A DNA stretch of 60,617 nt, filler included, from a candidate division TA06 bacterium SM23_40 (GCA_001303705.1; 6 parts of 6 records of this genome joined end to end with filler, not necessarily neighbours in it), one strand, 5' to 3'. Counted from the first letter of the whole stretch, positions 27,681 through 37,878 are shown. The notes: generated by a model from the letters alone, not told the origin. Translations and numbers: made by a program.

Positions 27681-27750
27681 GGGACGTTGGTAGGGATTGA
27701 AGGTTGTCTCGTGCATCGCGTTCAGGGACGCTGGTGGGAGCGGTGACGGT
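27681..27750 (+). repeat. Two degenerate copies of the 25291-array motif
   Basis: GGGACGTTGGTAGGGATTGAAGGTT at 27681 and GGGACGCTGGTGGG at 27725. Confidence 0.6.
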
Positions 27751-27966
27751 CTAGGCTGGTGCCAGCAGGTACAGGAGGCACCATTGAGCGTTATTCTGAC
27801 CAGCACGTGAATGGCGACGTTGGTTGCCATTGAAGGTCGTGTGGACGCTCGTTCGCCTGGAGATATCGGCACGATGGGGTGGAAGAGAACAGGGGATCGA
27901 GGACGAACCTATTCGCGGCTGCGAAAGGCATCGTCCCCGATTCTGCGGGATAGCCTCGGTATTCCC

Positions 27967-27996
27967 TTGACCTACTCCACAGCACAGAACTAGAAT
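27967..27996 (+). promoter_or_regulatory. sigma70-type promoter for the HEAT-repeat gene
   Basis: TTGACC-N18-TAGAAT. Confidence 0.55.
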
Positions 27997-28097
27997 ATGG
28001 ATCGGGTTCGAGACGCAGGTTCGGAATCATGAAGGACGAAGGTCAGGGTTGCGCTTCTGCGTCTGAACAGCCGGGTGTTTCAACGGAGAGGCATTGG

Positions 28098-29189
28098 ATG
28101 CGGGAGAACCTCTGGCGATCCTTGTTCGTGGCGCTCCTTTGTGTACCTGCCGCGTGGCGCTCAGTGACCTGGGCCGAAGTGGTGAGGTCCTCGGTCGTCG
28201 AAGAGCTGCTCGGGCAGGCCGCTGAGGCTGAGACAGAGGAGGGTCAGGACGAGCTCGCGGCCGGTCTGACTGAGTTCGGTATGGAGGCGCTCCCCGTTCT
28301 CATCGAGCACCTCTCGCTGTACCAGAACCGGCAACAGATTGTTCTCGAAAAGGGGATCGTCGGACTGGGGGAGGAGGCAGTCGCGCCGCTCATCGAGGCG
28401 ATCGCAGGCAACTACTGGATCATCCAGCGCGGCATCGAGACCACGCTCGTGCGGTACGGCGAGCGGGCGGTGCCGCGCCTGCTCATCGCCCTGGCCCGGT
28501 CCGAGGACTCTACGACGAGGAGCATCGCCGCCAGGGCGCTCGGCTCGATCGGCGATGAGCGCGCGACCGAAGCACTCATACGCACGTCCATCCGCGACCG
28601 CCGGTGGTCGGCGCGTCGCTCAGCCGCGGAGGCGCTCGGCTCGATCGGCGGCCGCAGGGCAACGCGTGCGCTGATCGAGGCACTTGGCGACAGGGATCCG
28701 GAGGTGCGGCGTGCGGCAGTCCAGGGGCTGGGGCGCATCGCTATCGAGCTCGGGTCCGACACCCTGGCTGCGCCTTACGAGATTGTCAGTCGCAGAGCCG
28801 TGCTCGAGCAGGCTGTGATTCCGCTTGTTCACAGGCTGGAGGATGAGAGCTACGGGGTGCGGACCTCCGCCGCAAAGGCGCTTGGCGAGATGGGGGGTGC
28901 GGCTGTCGGGCCGCTTTCCGAGGTGGCCAGGGGTGACGACCTGGCTGCTGCCGGGCTGGCGATCATGGCGCTCGGGGAGATAGGAGATGGGCGGGCCACC
29001 GATCTGCTCGTCGAGATGCTCGGGAGGAGGGAGTGGGCGCTGCGTGCCTGGGCAGCCGATGCCCTGGGCTCAATGGGCGGGAAGGATCTCGGCGGCGCGC
29101 TTCGCGCCGCTCATGTGGATGAGACTCATCCCCTTGTCCGCTCGCGTATCGAGCGTGCGCTCGAGACGATTGACCAGCAGGGAGAGTGA
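28098..29189 (+). CDS. HEAT/PBS-lyase repeat protein, probably exported (start 28098 or 28029)
   Basis: Repeated R..AA.ALG.IGD.RA...LI..L.D; hydrophobic N-terminus. Confidence 0.9.
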   Translation: MRENLWRSLFVALLCVPAAWRSVTWAEVVRSSVVEELLGQAAEAETEEGQDELAAGLTEFGMEALPVLIEHLSLYQNRQQIVLEKGIVGLGEEAVAPLIEAIAGNYWIIQRGIETTLVRYGERAVPRLLIALARSEDSTTRSIAARALGSIGDERATEALIRTSIRDRRWSARRSAAEALGSIGGRRATRALIEALGDRDPEVRRAAVQGLGRIAIELGSDTLAAPYEIVSRRAVLEQAVIPLVHRLEDESYGVRTSAAKALGEMGGAAVGPLSEVARGDDLAAAGLAIMALGEIGDGRATDLLVEMLGRREWALRAWAADALGSMGGKDLGGALRAAHVDETHPLVRSRIERALETIDQQGE

Positions 29190-29246
29190 AGGGTCGGGTC
29201 ACCTCGACGACTGTGTGTCAGCGGGCTCCGGCAGAGTTGGAGCTCG

Positions 29247-29561
29247 TTACTCGATCACAACCGCAGTTCCGTAGGCGAGGAGCTCAGCTGCCCCCTGCAT
29301 CATGCTAGCGGTCGTGAAGCGGAGCCCCACCACGGCATTCGCCCCGAGCGACTTGGCCTCGTCGACGAGACGGTCGATGGCCTGCTCCCGTGACTCGGCG
29401 ATCATCTTCGTATAATCCGTAATCTCACCGCCTACGAGACCCCTGAGGACGGCAAGCAGGTCCTTGCCGACGTGCCTGGCACGAATGGTGTTTCCTCTAA
29501 CCAGCCCCAGGGTCTTGACTATCTTCCTGCCGGGCACTTCATCCGAAGTCACAAGGATCAT
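29247..29561 (-). CDS. YbjQ/UPF0145 family protein
   Basis: MILVTSDEVPG..LGLVRG..GGEITDY..GANAVVGLRF..AYGTAV; ATGA overlap with the upstream gene. Confidence 0.93.
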   Translation of the reverse strand: MILVTSDEVPGRKIVKTLGLVRGNTIRARHVGKDLLAVLRGLVGGEITDYTKMIAESREQAIDRLVDEAKSLGANAVVGLRFTTASMMQGAAELLAYGTAVVIE

Positions 29562-30004
29562 CGAATCACCCCCCTGTACTTGTCCTTCCGCCATATGAAG
29601 ATCCGCTCGCGCGCGACCGAGACGAACAGGACGACAACTCCTATGAGCAATGCGACGACGGCGACTTTGAGCAGGAGACTGACCTGTGGGTCGCGAACGA
29701 ACTGGTCCACGAATCTGAAGGCGGCGTAGATGAGGACGAGGATCGTTCCTATGGAAGTGAGTATCCAGGCTACTCCCCGTTCCAGACGGTTGTACACATT
29801 CGCCCAGTAGCGCTCCCACACTTCGTCTTCTGGTTCTACGAATTTCATCTGATCCGTCACCCCCTTCAGCTTCCTGAACTCCTCCAGCTCGCGGGCACAG
29901 GCCGGACATTCCCTGATATGGTCTTCGAGCCGCACACGTTCGTCGGGTCCGATCTCACCATCGAGAAGGCTCATTATGAGCAGCTTGTAGTCGTCGCAGG
30001 GCAT
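29558..30004 (-). CDS. Zinc-finger (HxxxCxxC) membrane anti-sigma factor
   Basis: LDGEI..HIRECPAC; two C-terminal TM helices; follows the ECF sigma gene. Confidence 0.9.
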   Translation of the reverse strand: MPCDDYKLLIMSLLDGEIGPDERVRLEDHIRECPACARELEEFRKLKGVTDQMKFVEPEDEVWERYWANVYNRLERGVAWILTSIGTILVLIYAAFRFVDQFVRDPQVSLLLKVAVVALLIGVVVLFVSVARERIFIWRKDKYRGVIR

Positions 30005-30021
30005 GGGCTCTTCTCACTGAA

Positions 30022-30585
30022 CTAAAGACGAGCGGTCAGCTTCTCCTTCAACGCCGCACGGGCGCGATAGAGGCGCGACTTGACAGTTCCCATAGGACAG
30101 CCGAGCAGCGCGGCGATCTCCTCGTACTGGAGGTTCTCGAAGTGGCTCAGTACGATGATCTCGCGATGCTCGGGATCGAGCTCCATGATGGCCCGCCACA
30201 CTTCCTTGCTGAACTCCTCTCGCTCCAGTGAGGATTCGGGGGTCTGGCCATCAGGATCCCGCCATTCAAGGACTTCCTCTGACACGTCGACGAACGTCCG
30301 GCGGTGGCGCTTCCTCTTACGGAGGAACGTGAGTACGTGATTGCGCAGAATTGTATAGAACCAGGCGTAGAAGGTGAACCGTTCGTCGTACCGACTCAGT
30401 GCACGGTAGCACTTGACAAATGCCTCCTGTGAGAGATCGAGTGCATCCTCGTGATTGCCAACCAGGCCGAGGGCCATGAAGTAGGCACGCCGCATATACC
30501 TCTTCACGAGGAGCTCGAATGCCTTCTCATCCCCCTGCTTGGCCTTTATGACGAGTTCTCGATCTTCCTCATGCGACGACTGCAT
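30022..30585 (-). CDS. ECF-type RNA polymerase sigma factor
   Basis: DALDLSQEAF; FYAWFYTILRN; YEEIAALLGCPMGTVKSRLYRAR. Confidence 0.95.
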   Translation of the reverse strand: MQSSHEEDRELVIKAKQGDEKAFELLVKRYMRRAYFMALGLVGNHEDALDLSQEAFVKCYRALSRYDERFTFYAWFYTILRNHVLTFLRKRKRHRRTFVDVSEEVLEWRDPDGQTPESSLEREEFSKEVWRAIMELDPEHREIIVLSHFENLQYEEIAALLGCPMGTVKSRLYRARAALKEKLTARL

Positions 30586-30690
30586 CGGAGAGCGGCTCCC
30601 ACATCAGTATACTATCTCGCAGAAGGAATGTTCCCGCGGCCGGCATTCGGGTGCGGGGGGGATCGGCGGCGCGGCTATCTCTAGACGTTA

Positions 30691-32463
30691 TCAGGACGTG
30701 CGCTCCAGCTCTGAGATGAGGAATGCCTCCAGCCCCTCGCAGACGGCGCGGGCGCAGCGCTGCTGGAACTCGGCGGTACGGAGCAGCGCCTCTTGCTCCG
30801 GTACGATCATGAACGCCGGTTCGACGAGGACGGCGATCATGTCGGCTGGGCGACACATCGCCAGGTTGGCCCGGTACAGGCCGAAGTCCGGAAGGCCGAG
30901 CATCCCGGCGAAGCGCCCGTGGATCGAGCGCGCGAGCGCCAGGCTGTGCGGATGCCAGTAGTAGGTGCTGAAGCCGTTGTGGCGCTCGGGATCGACCCCT
31001 GGCGGCACGCTGTTGTTGTGAATGCTGACGAGGATCTCCGCACCGGCTTCCCGCGCGATCTCTGGTCTGCGGGTGAGGGGCACGGCCTCGTCTCCCGTGC
31101 GGATCATCGTCGTGGACGCCCCCCGCTCACGGCACATCTGATCGAGCGATCGAGCGATCGCCAGATTCACGTCCTTCTCTAGCGTGCCGAGCGGGCCGAC
31201 GGCACCCGGTTCGGGTGAATGACCTGCATCGATGGCGAGCTTTCTTCCCAGAAGCGGACGCGCTGCGTCTATGGGGGGCGCAGCCCTCAGGTGGAGGATG
31301 AAACCCGGGTCCTCGTACGCGGCGCGATATCCCCAGATGGCCTCCTCGAGGAAGAGTTCGACCTCCAGCGTCTGAGGATCGACCTGCTGCCATATGATCT
31401 CCCCGACGAGATGTTCTTCTGGTCCGTACCTCGCCCAGTCGAGATGAGCCACCGCCCGGGAGATGGTGAGGTGGAGAATTCGTCGGTCGGTGCGCTCGGC
31501 GACCAGAACAGCATAGGGGCGGTCCATCGGGATCGCCACGGCAGCCCCCTCGGGTGTTGACGTTGTCCTGATGGCGGCGATTTGATTCATTACTGCCGGC
31601 GTGCCGGCCGGGAGTGCCGTGAGCGAACGCTCGTCGACCCACCCCTGGCATGTTCCGGAGAGTGCGACACGACACTCGTTGCCAACCTTTCCAGTGATTT
31701 CGACGATGACTCCCGACGGGAGGATCGCCCCATAGCCCATGCCGGGCCCGGTGCGGACGACCGTCTGAGGGCTCTGCGTCTCCGCCAGTTCGGGGATGGG
31801 GGGAGAGGTGACGGTCAGTCGGCCCCGCGCCTCGGCCTCGGCGCGGGAACCCTTCTCGCCCCTCAGGGAGACGGTAATCCGGCCGTCTCGTACTCGATCA
31901 TCCGGTCCTATGATGTAGGTTCCCACATACAACCCGGGTTCCCCTTCAGCGAACGGAGAGAGATCTGCCCCGAAGACAAACGGGGGCGGCGAGTCAGCTG
32001 GTCGGGGAAGACCTTGTGGCATCTCGGCCATCGGGGCGCCGTCGACAAGTTGCTCAATAGTGAAGTGTGCCCCGGCACCCGGCGTGCCGCGGCACGTGAC
32101 CGTGAGCCTATCCCCTGGGCGAAGCGCGCGGTCGGTCGATGGCTGCACGCTCCCTTCGTCGAGCCAGCACTCTTCCGAGGGGCCGGGCTCCCGCTTTCCT
32201 GCAACCTGAACCGTGACGGTCTGCTCGAGGCGCCTTCCCGAGAGGGTCGCCGTGCAGGAGATCGCGAATCGGCCGGGTTCGATCGGGATTGAGACGATGA
32301 ACCCGCCATCTTGATGCACGCGGGCGGGGAGGCCGTTGACGACGACGTTTGCGCCCGGCGGGGCGGACCCGATCACGAATGTCGAGGGCACGCAGGGGAG
32401 GTGATCGCCCTCGCCCGGGAAGACAATTGATAGTTCGGTAGCGTGTTCCGTCTTCATTCTCAT
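30691..32463 (-). CDS. N-acetylmuramoyl-L-alanine amidase (Amidase_3) with N-terminal Ig/SH3/AMIN-like domains
   Basis: AIDAGH; EKDVNL; VSIHNN; VLVEPAF. Confidence 0.9.
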   Translation of the reverse strand: MRMKTEHATELSIVFPGEGDHLPCVPSTFVIGSAPPGANVVVNGLPARVHQDGGFIVSIPIEPGRFAISCTATLSGRRLEQTVTVQVAGKREPGPSEECWLDEGSVQPSTDRALRPGDRLTVTCRGTPGAGAHFTIEQLVDGAPMAEMPQGLPRPADSPPPFVFGADLSPFAEGEPGLYVGTYIIGPDDRVRDGRITVSLRGEKGSRAEAEARGRLTVTSPPIPELAETQSPQTVVRTGPGMGYGAILPSGVIVEITGKVGNECRVALSGTCQGWVDERSLTALPAGTPAVMNQIAAIRTTSTPEGAAVAIPMDRPYAVLVAERTDRRILHLTISRAVAHLDWARYGPEEHLVGEIIWQQVDPQTLEVELFLEEAIWGYRAAYEDPGFILHLRAAPPIDAARPLLGRKLAIDAGHSPEPGAVGPLGTLEKDVNLAIARSLDQMCRERGASTTMIRTGDEAVPLTRRPEIAREAGAEILVSIHNNSVPPGVDPERHNGFSTYYWHPHSLALARSIHGRFAGMLGLPDFGLYRANLAMCRPADMIAVLVEPAFMIVPEQEALLRTAEFQQRCARAVCEGLEAFLISELERTS

Positions 32464-32467
32464 TGTC

Positions 32468-34531
32468 TCAATCTGCGATTGGAATCTGCATGAAAAAGCG
32501 ATCGATATCGTCTCTCGACTCAGTCACCGGGCACGGGGGGAGCGAGTTGAGAAAGTACCTGCCATACGACATCGTCTTCACGCGAGGATCGAGGATGGCG
32601 ATGACCCCTCTGTCCTCCATCGTCCTGATGAGCCTTCCCACGCCCTGGCGGAGCATCATAATTGCTCCCGGCAACAGATAGCTGCTGAACGGGTCGAAGC
32701 CGGCGTCTGCGAGCGCCTCCATCCTCGCCTCGGTGACAGGATCAGTCGGTACATCGAACGGCAGCTTGACGATGATAACGCACTGGAGCGCCTCCCCGGG
32801 TACGTCCACTCCCTGCCAGAATGAGTGGACGCCGAACAGGGTGGAGTGCAGATCCTGGCGGAAGCGGTCGAGCAGCTGCTCGCGGGGAAGCTCTCCCTGC
32901 TGGAGGAGTGTATGTTTCGACCCCAGTGAATTGACAAGCCCGCTGACACGGCGCATCATCTCATAGCTCGTGAACAGCACGAAGGCTCGTCCCCTGCTCG
33001 CGTCGAGCAAGAGTTTCGTCTCCAGAGCAACGGAGTCGACGAAGGCGTTCGGTTCTCTCCGCGGGTCCGGGGCGCACGGAGGAAGATAGAGGAGGACGTT
33101 GTTCTCTGTGTCGAATGGTGATGGGAGGAGGAGTTCATCGGCATCGTCGAAACCGAGACGATACCTGAGATAATCGAAGCGGGAATCTACCGTCAGAGTG
33201 GCTGACGTCATGGCCACGGGGTGGATAGGTTCGAAGACCTCGCGGCGGAGGTGGCTGGCAACTTCGACCGGAGCGGCATGCAGGGCGACCTCCTGGTCAT
33301 CTCTCCCCTCGCCGATCGAGATCCAGTGGACGTGCCCCTCGAGATGAAGTTCGAGGAACGATGCGATAGAGACTGCCGCTGCGTTCGCTCTCGCGGCAAG
33401 GCCCTCGACCTCGATCCGCTCCATCTCGTCCTCAATCGATAACGATGCCTCGGTGAGTGCGCTCGCGAGTTTGGTCAGGGGCTCCTGGAGCCCGCCACCC
33501 AACGCTCCCGTCTCTCGGATGCGGACCGCTGAAGGCCCTTCGCCCCACGTCATGAGTATTTCCCCGAAAAACCGATGTGATGCAGCCCGGGCCTCACGTA
33601 CGCGGGCTCTGATCTGCCGCACAGCCTCGGGCTCGAACAGGTCCGGCAGCCCGACGATGCCCGAGCGGGTGCGCGGATTGTGGACCGAGTTGAGAAGATG
33701 TTCGATCTGCCGGTTCGAGAGATGGTAGCCGAAATGATCGCTGGCAACGTCTTCGAGATTGTGTGCCTCATCGAAGACGACAGCGTTGAAGGGAGGGAGG
33801 ACATTCCCGCCCGATGCAAGATTGGCGAAGAAGAGGTGGTGGTTGACGACTAAGATATGGGCATCTTCCTGCTCCTGCCGCGCGTGGCGGTAGTAGCAGT
33901 TGTGAGCCTCGGGGCAGCGGTACCCGAGGCAGGCGTCCGGCGACCGCGATATCTCGTTCCATATCCGGTTCTCTTCGGCGAGCGCGAGTTCGGAGCGCAA
34001 TCCCCTCCGGGTTCGCGCCTCCCACTCGACGATCGCCGAGATCAGGTCGCTCGAGGCCGGAATCGCCTTGCTGCCCCGATGCAGGAACTGGCGGAATCGC
34101 CTCGTACACAGGTAATTCGCCGCTCCCAGGCAGAGCGCATAACGGATGGGGATATCGAGACGATCTACCAGTTGCGGTAGGTCTTTGTCGATGAGTTGAC
34201 TCTGAAGGGCCTTTGTGAAGGTAGAGACGATGGCTCGACGATCTCCGTCGAGGACCCAGTCCGCCAGAGGTACGAGATAGGCAAGCGTCTTTCCGGTCCC
34301 TGTGCCCGCCTCGACGAGCAAGTGGCCTTCGGTCGCGAGGGTTCGCTCGATGCGCTTGGCCATCGCCACCTGCTCGCGCCGGAACTCGAAGTGTGGTAGA
34401 CGCGCCGCCAGCTTACCATGCGGGCCGAAGAAGTGCTCGATGTTCATCTCTTCGTTTAGGGTCATCCGACGAGGAACCTGAGCTTCTGTCGCCGGAGTCT
34501 CTCCGATCACCGAACTGGGGTGAGTTCTCAT
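32468..34531 (-). CDS. dinG: DinG/YoaA-family Fe-S DNA helicase
   Basis: EAGTGTGKT; NYLC..C-X4-C-X5-C; VVNHHL; FDEAH; SATL; FWQGVDVPG; QGVGRLIR. Confidence 0.9.
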   Translation of the reverse strand: MRTHPSSVIGETPATEAQVPRRMTLNEEMNIEHFFGPHGKLAARLPHFEFRREQVAMAKRIERTLATEGHLLVEAGTGTGKTLAYLVPLADWVLDGDRRAIVSTFTKALQSQLIDKDLPQLVDRLDIPIRYALCLGAANYLCTRRFRQFLHRGSKAIPASSDLISAIVEWEARTRRGLRSELALAEENRIWNEISRSPDACLGYRCPEAHNCYYRHARQEQEDAHILVVNHHLFFANLASGGNVLPPFNAVVFDEAHNLEDVASDHFGYHLSNRQIEHLLNSVHNPRTRSGIVGLPDLFEPEAVRQIRARVREARAASHRFFGEILMTWGEGPSAVRIRETGALGGGLQEPLTKLASALTEASLSIEDEMERIEVEGLAARANAAAVSIASFLELHLEGHVHWISIGEGRDDQEVALHAAPVEVASHLRREVFEPIHPVAMTSATLTVDSRFDYLRYRLGFDDADELLLPSPFDTENNVLLYLPPCAPDPRREPNAFVDSVALETKLLLDASRGRAFVLFTSYEMMRRVSGLVNSLGSKHTLLQQGELPREQLLDRFRQDLHSTLFGVHSFWQGVDVPGEALQCVIIVKLPFDVPTDPVTEARMEALADAGFDPFSSYLLPGAIMMLRQGVGRLIRTMEDRGVIAILDPRVKTMSYGRYFLNSLPPCPVTESRDDIDRFFMQIPIAD

Positions 34532-34950
34532 GCGGGAGTGTCATTGAGAACGAGTTGGAAATCGATCTCGGGCGGCGAGAGGAACGTCGCCAGGACGGAG
34601 CAGTACTTAGTCCGGGAGAGATCGAATGCCTGGCGTAGTGCCGGGGATGGGATGTCTCCTCGCACATCGATCGACACCAGGATCTGCTCCATGCGCTTCG
34701 GATAGTCCTCGGCGTGTCTGCTCGTCGCCGTTATTGAGAGCTTCTCGAGCGTGAGTCGCTTCTTCGTGAGGATACTCACTATGTCCCAGGCCATGCACCC
34801 TGCCAGGGCCACGAGCGGCAGAACGCCCGGTTTGATCCCAAACGCCTCACCTCCTCCCGGAGGCGGTCCTCCCAGGGCGAGGGTGTGGCCTGACTCGTCC
34901 CTGGCCAGAAAGGCGAGGTCCTTGACCCAATCGAGCGTTATCGTGGGCAC
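34528..34950 (-). CDS. OsmC-family protein
   Basis: LVALAGC and KYCSV conserved cysteines. Confidence 0.9.
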   Translation of the reverse strand: MPTITLDWVKDLAFLARDESGHTLALGGPPPGGGEAFGIKPGVLPLVALAGCMAWDIVSILTKKRLTLEKLSITATSRHAEDYPKRMEQILVSIDVRGDIPSPALRQAFDLSRTKYCSVLATFLSPPEIDFQLVLNDTPA

Positions 34951-34990
34951 AGACAGCGACCCTCCCTGCCGTCTTGTGGAACAGTAGTTG

Positions 34991-35683
34991 CTACTCAGAA
35001 TCTCCCGATCGGCGTGATATCGTGACTTTCTCCATGTAGACGGGCTCGATGGGTTTGTCCCGAGGTCCGGTTTCGACCTTTCCGATCGCCTGTACTACGT
35101 CGAGTCCCTCGATCGCCTGGCCAAAGACGGTGTACTTGCCGTCGAGGCCGGGCTGAGGCGCGAGGCAGATATAGAACTGGCAACTCGCACTATTGGGATC
35201 CGGCCCCCTCGCCATGGCGAGCGTGCCGGTCACGTGCTTGCGTTCGCTGAACTCGGCGGGGATCGTGTACCCTGCGTTCCCCCTGCCGTCGCCTCTCGGG
35301 TCGCCGCCCTGGATCATGAACCCTGAAATGACGCGATGGAAGGTGAGGCCGTCATAGAACCCCTTGTTGGCGAGCTTGATGAAGTTCTCGACGTGAAGGG
35401 GAGCCACGTCAGGATAGAACTCGAGGACGATTGTGCCGAGGGTGGTCTCGATAGTCGCGATCTCATCTCCCGTCAGCGTCACCTCTTCCTCTTCGCTTGC
35501 TTCTTCTTCCGCTTCCGCCGCTGCCTCTTTCTCGGCGGCTTCCTGAGCCTGATCCGCCCGCTCAGCTTCGCCTTCCGCTTGAGATTCGCTCTCTTCGCCA
35601 GACGTGCCACAGCCTGTCACAGCCAGGGCCAGCGTCATGATCAGCGGTAGTGTGAATAGGAATCGGAGTAGAGTTGTCCACAT
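34991..35683 (-). CDS. Cyclophilin-type peptidyl-prolyl cis-trans isomerase, lipoprotein
   Basis: Lipobox VTGC; acidic linker; FHRVISGFMIQGGD; SQF-like CQFYI; LDGKYTVFG. Confidence 0.95.
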   Translation of the reverse strand: MWTTLLRFLFTLPLIMTLALAVTGCGTSGEESESQAEGEAERADQAQEAAEKEAAAEAEEEASEEEEVTLTGDEIATIETTLGTIVLEFYPDVAPLHVENFIKLANKGFYDGLTFHRVISGFMIQGGDPRGDGRGNAGYTIPAEFSERKHVTGTLAMARGPDPNSASCQFYICLAPQPGLDGKYTVFGQAIEGLDVVQAIGKVETGPRDKPIEPVYMEKVTISRRSGDSE

Positions 35684-35944
35684 CGCCTCACCCTCCCTGG
35701 TAGATGTCGATCCCTTGCTGGCGGATGCTCCTCGCAGCGTTCTACTACTCGGATATCGATCGCGCTGGGTATGGTGTGCCCGCAGGGTCTTATGGTCCTC
35801 GCCGCACTGTCAGCAGATACGAACCCGGAATGCAGATCGGCGGCCCGGGATCCGAATGTGGGCTTCCGGTCCGGAACGGAGATCCGGGGCTCGAGATGCA
35901 GGCCTCCGGATGCGGCACCTGCCGGCGGGCTGGCCTCAGTCGGG

Positions 35945-37711
35945 CTACGTCTCACATGTGCGGGCGGCCATCGCTCGCGCGATCGCCGTATCGATCTTCT
36001 TCATATCGAACGGCTTGTACAGAACAGCCCGGAGTCCCTCTTTGCTCGATTTCACCAGAGCATGAGTCGGGTCGTACCCGTAGGCGGTCATGAGGATCAC
36101 TTCTGTTTCCGGCGTACATTCCTTGATTTCACTGAAGACCTCATAGCCGTTCTTCTTGGGCATCTTGATGTCGCTGAGGACCAGGTCGTAGCGGGTTGCC
36201 TTCGCCTTGTCTATCGTCTCCTGGCCGTCGGATGCGGTGTCGACCTGATGTCCCTTGGAGCTCAGGTATTGGGAGAGAAACCTCCGTACGTACAGCCGAT
36301 CGTCTGCCACGAGGATCCGATAGCGTTCTCTCTCATCTGTCACGCAGGTCTCGTCGATGTCGACCATGGTGATCTTGTCGAGGTACGGTTTCGTCTTCAG
36401 CGTGCCCGTCTCGGCCATGAGCTGGAGCCGCTCCGTAATCTCGCCGATCCTCAGCGCCTCCTCATTGATGGCGGCCAGTTGCTCGACCCTCTCCTCCCTC
36501 TCCTCCTTCAGGCCATGATCTTCGTACATCTTCACCACATCTTCTCGATCCAGTGAGAAGAGGGAGAGTTGTCCCGCGCTGATGATCCCCTCGAGGAAGT
36601 TGTTGATCTCGTGGCTCAGAGTCGTGGCGACATTGGCGAGCGTGGCGAGCTTCTCCGCGCGGATCAGCTCCTTCTCCAGCTTCTTGATCTCTCTCAGATC
36701 CTTGGAGATTCCCTCAGTCCCGCTCTCGTTGCCTTCGTCATCGTAGAGCATGGTGACGGAGAGACTGATCGGGATGCGCTCGCCGCTCTTGCTCACCGCG
36801 AGCGCTTCGTAGTTGCGCAGCCTGCCGACCCCCCCGCACTCGGGACCCCTGAGCTTCCTCATCACATTCCGCGCCTCCTCTTCACTCGCGTAGAAGATAG
36901 AGGCAGGCTTTCCCAGTACCTCTTCCTCTTTGTACCCGAATACCTCCTCCGCACCTTTGTTAATGAGCGTGATCCTCCCCTCGGCGTCCGTCGCGACGAT
37001 GATGTCGACGCAGCTCCGAATGAGCGTTTCGAGATAGCGCTTCGTCTGTTTCAGCTCGTCATGGAGTTTCGACCGTTCCACGATCCGTCCGGCCATACTC
37101 GCAAAGAGCTCGATGATCTGGAGGGACTCGGCGGTAGGGCGTCGGCCATCGAAGGGGTCATCCACCGAGAGTGTTCCGATGATCTTCCCGTCGCTGCTCG
37201 TGAGGGGGACGAAGAGGAGGTCATTCGGGTCCCAATCGATGAAATCCTTCTCTGTCATATGGCTCTCGACGGCGTCCTCGGATATCTCCTGCGCGAGTTC
37301 GGTCGTGTGAGAGATGTAGTAGGACTGGCTGATGCGATATTCGGGGCGAAACGTCCTGGCGCGCTGCTCAGGAGACATGGGTGGCCGGCTCTGATGACTT
37401 CGTACGTCCTCTTTCGTGAGGCCAGCATATCCGACCTTGACGACACGCCATTCCTCGTCGAAGAGCGAAATGATCGCCCGCCGGTAGGTCTGCGAATCGA
37501 CGACCGCGTGAGCGATCAGATTGAGCTGCTCCTCGAGGTCGGTCGCCCGCTGGAGCTCTGTACTCACCCGGAAGAGCGTGAGGAGCTGCTGGGTCATGTG
37601 CTCTGGATCGGGCACGTGCTCCCCTCTGCGCGCTGCCGGCGTCTTAGCCCTGGCCTTGGCGTCTGCCCGGCGGGGCTTCTCCGTCCTGGGTTTTCTGCCC
37701 TTCGCTGGCAT
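35945..37711 (-). CDS. GAF-PAS-HisKA-receiver signalling protein lacking a HATPase domain
   Basis: GAF (LFVPL..GKIIGTLSVDDP); PAS (INKGAEEVFGYKEEEVLGK); H-box TLSHEINN; REC (ILVADD, LSDIKMP, KPF); no N/G1/F/G2 boxes. Confidence 0.88.
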   Translation of the reverse strand: MPAKGRKPRTEKPRRADAKARAKTPAARRGEHVPDPEHMTQQLLTLFRVSTELQRATDLEEQLNLIAHAVVDSQTYRRAIISLFDEEWRVVKVGYAGLTKEDVRSHQSRPPMSPEQRARTFRPEYRISQSYYISHTTELAQEISEDAVESHMTEKDFIDWDPNDLLFVPLTSSDGKIIGTLSVDDPFDGRRPTAESLQIIELFASMAGRIVERSKLHDELKQTKRYLETLIRSCVDIIVATDAEGRITLINKGAEEVFGYKEEEVLGKPASIFYASEEEARNVMRKLRGPECGGVGRLRNYEALAVSKSGERIPISLSVTMLYDDEGNESGTEGISKDLREIKKLEKELIRAEKLATLANVATTLSHEINNFLEGIISAGQLSLFSLDREDVVKMYEDHGLKEEREERVEQLAAINEEALRIGEITERLQLMAETGTLKTKPYLDKITMVDIDETCVTDERERYRILVADDRLYVRRFLSQYLSSKGHQVDTASDGQETIDKAKATRYDLVLSDIKMPKKNGYEVFSEIKECTPETEVILMTAYGYDPTHALVKSSKEGLRAVLYKPFDMKKIDTAIARAMAARTCET

Positions 37712-37848
37712 CGGTACCACGCGTCCCATGGTGATCACAATCGAAGCGAAATGGTCGGCCTCCCGGCCGATGGCTATCCACCAGCTGCCTGCTTTCGCCG
37801 CTCCTCCGTGCAAAGGCCTCCCGATGCGTATTGCTGGAGAATTGTTCG

Positions 37849-37878
37849 ATTATAAATATGGCCCATTTTCGTTGTCAA
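37849..37878 (-). promoter_or_regulatory. Consensus sigma70 promoter
   Basis: Minus strand TTGACA-N18-TATAAT, both hexamers perfect. Confidence 0.8.
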
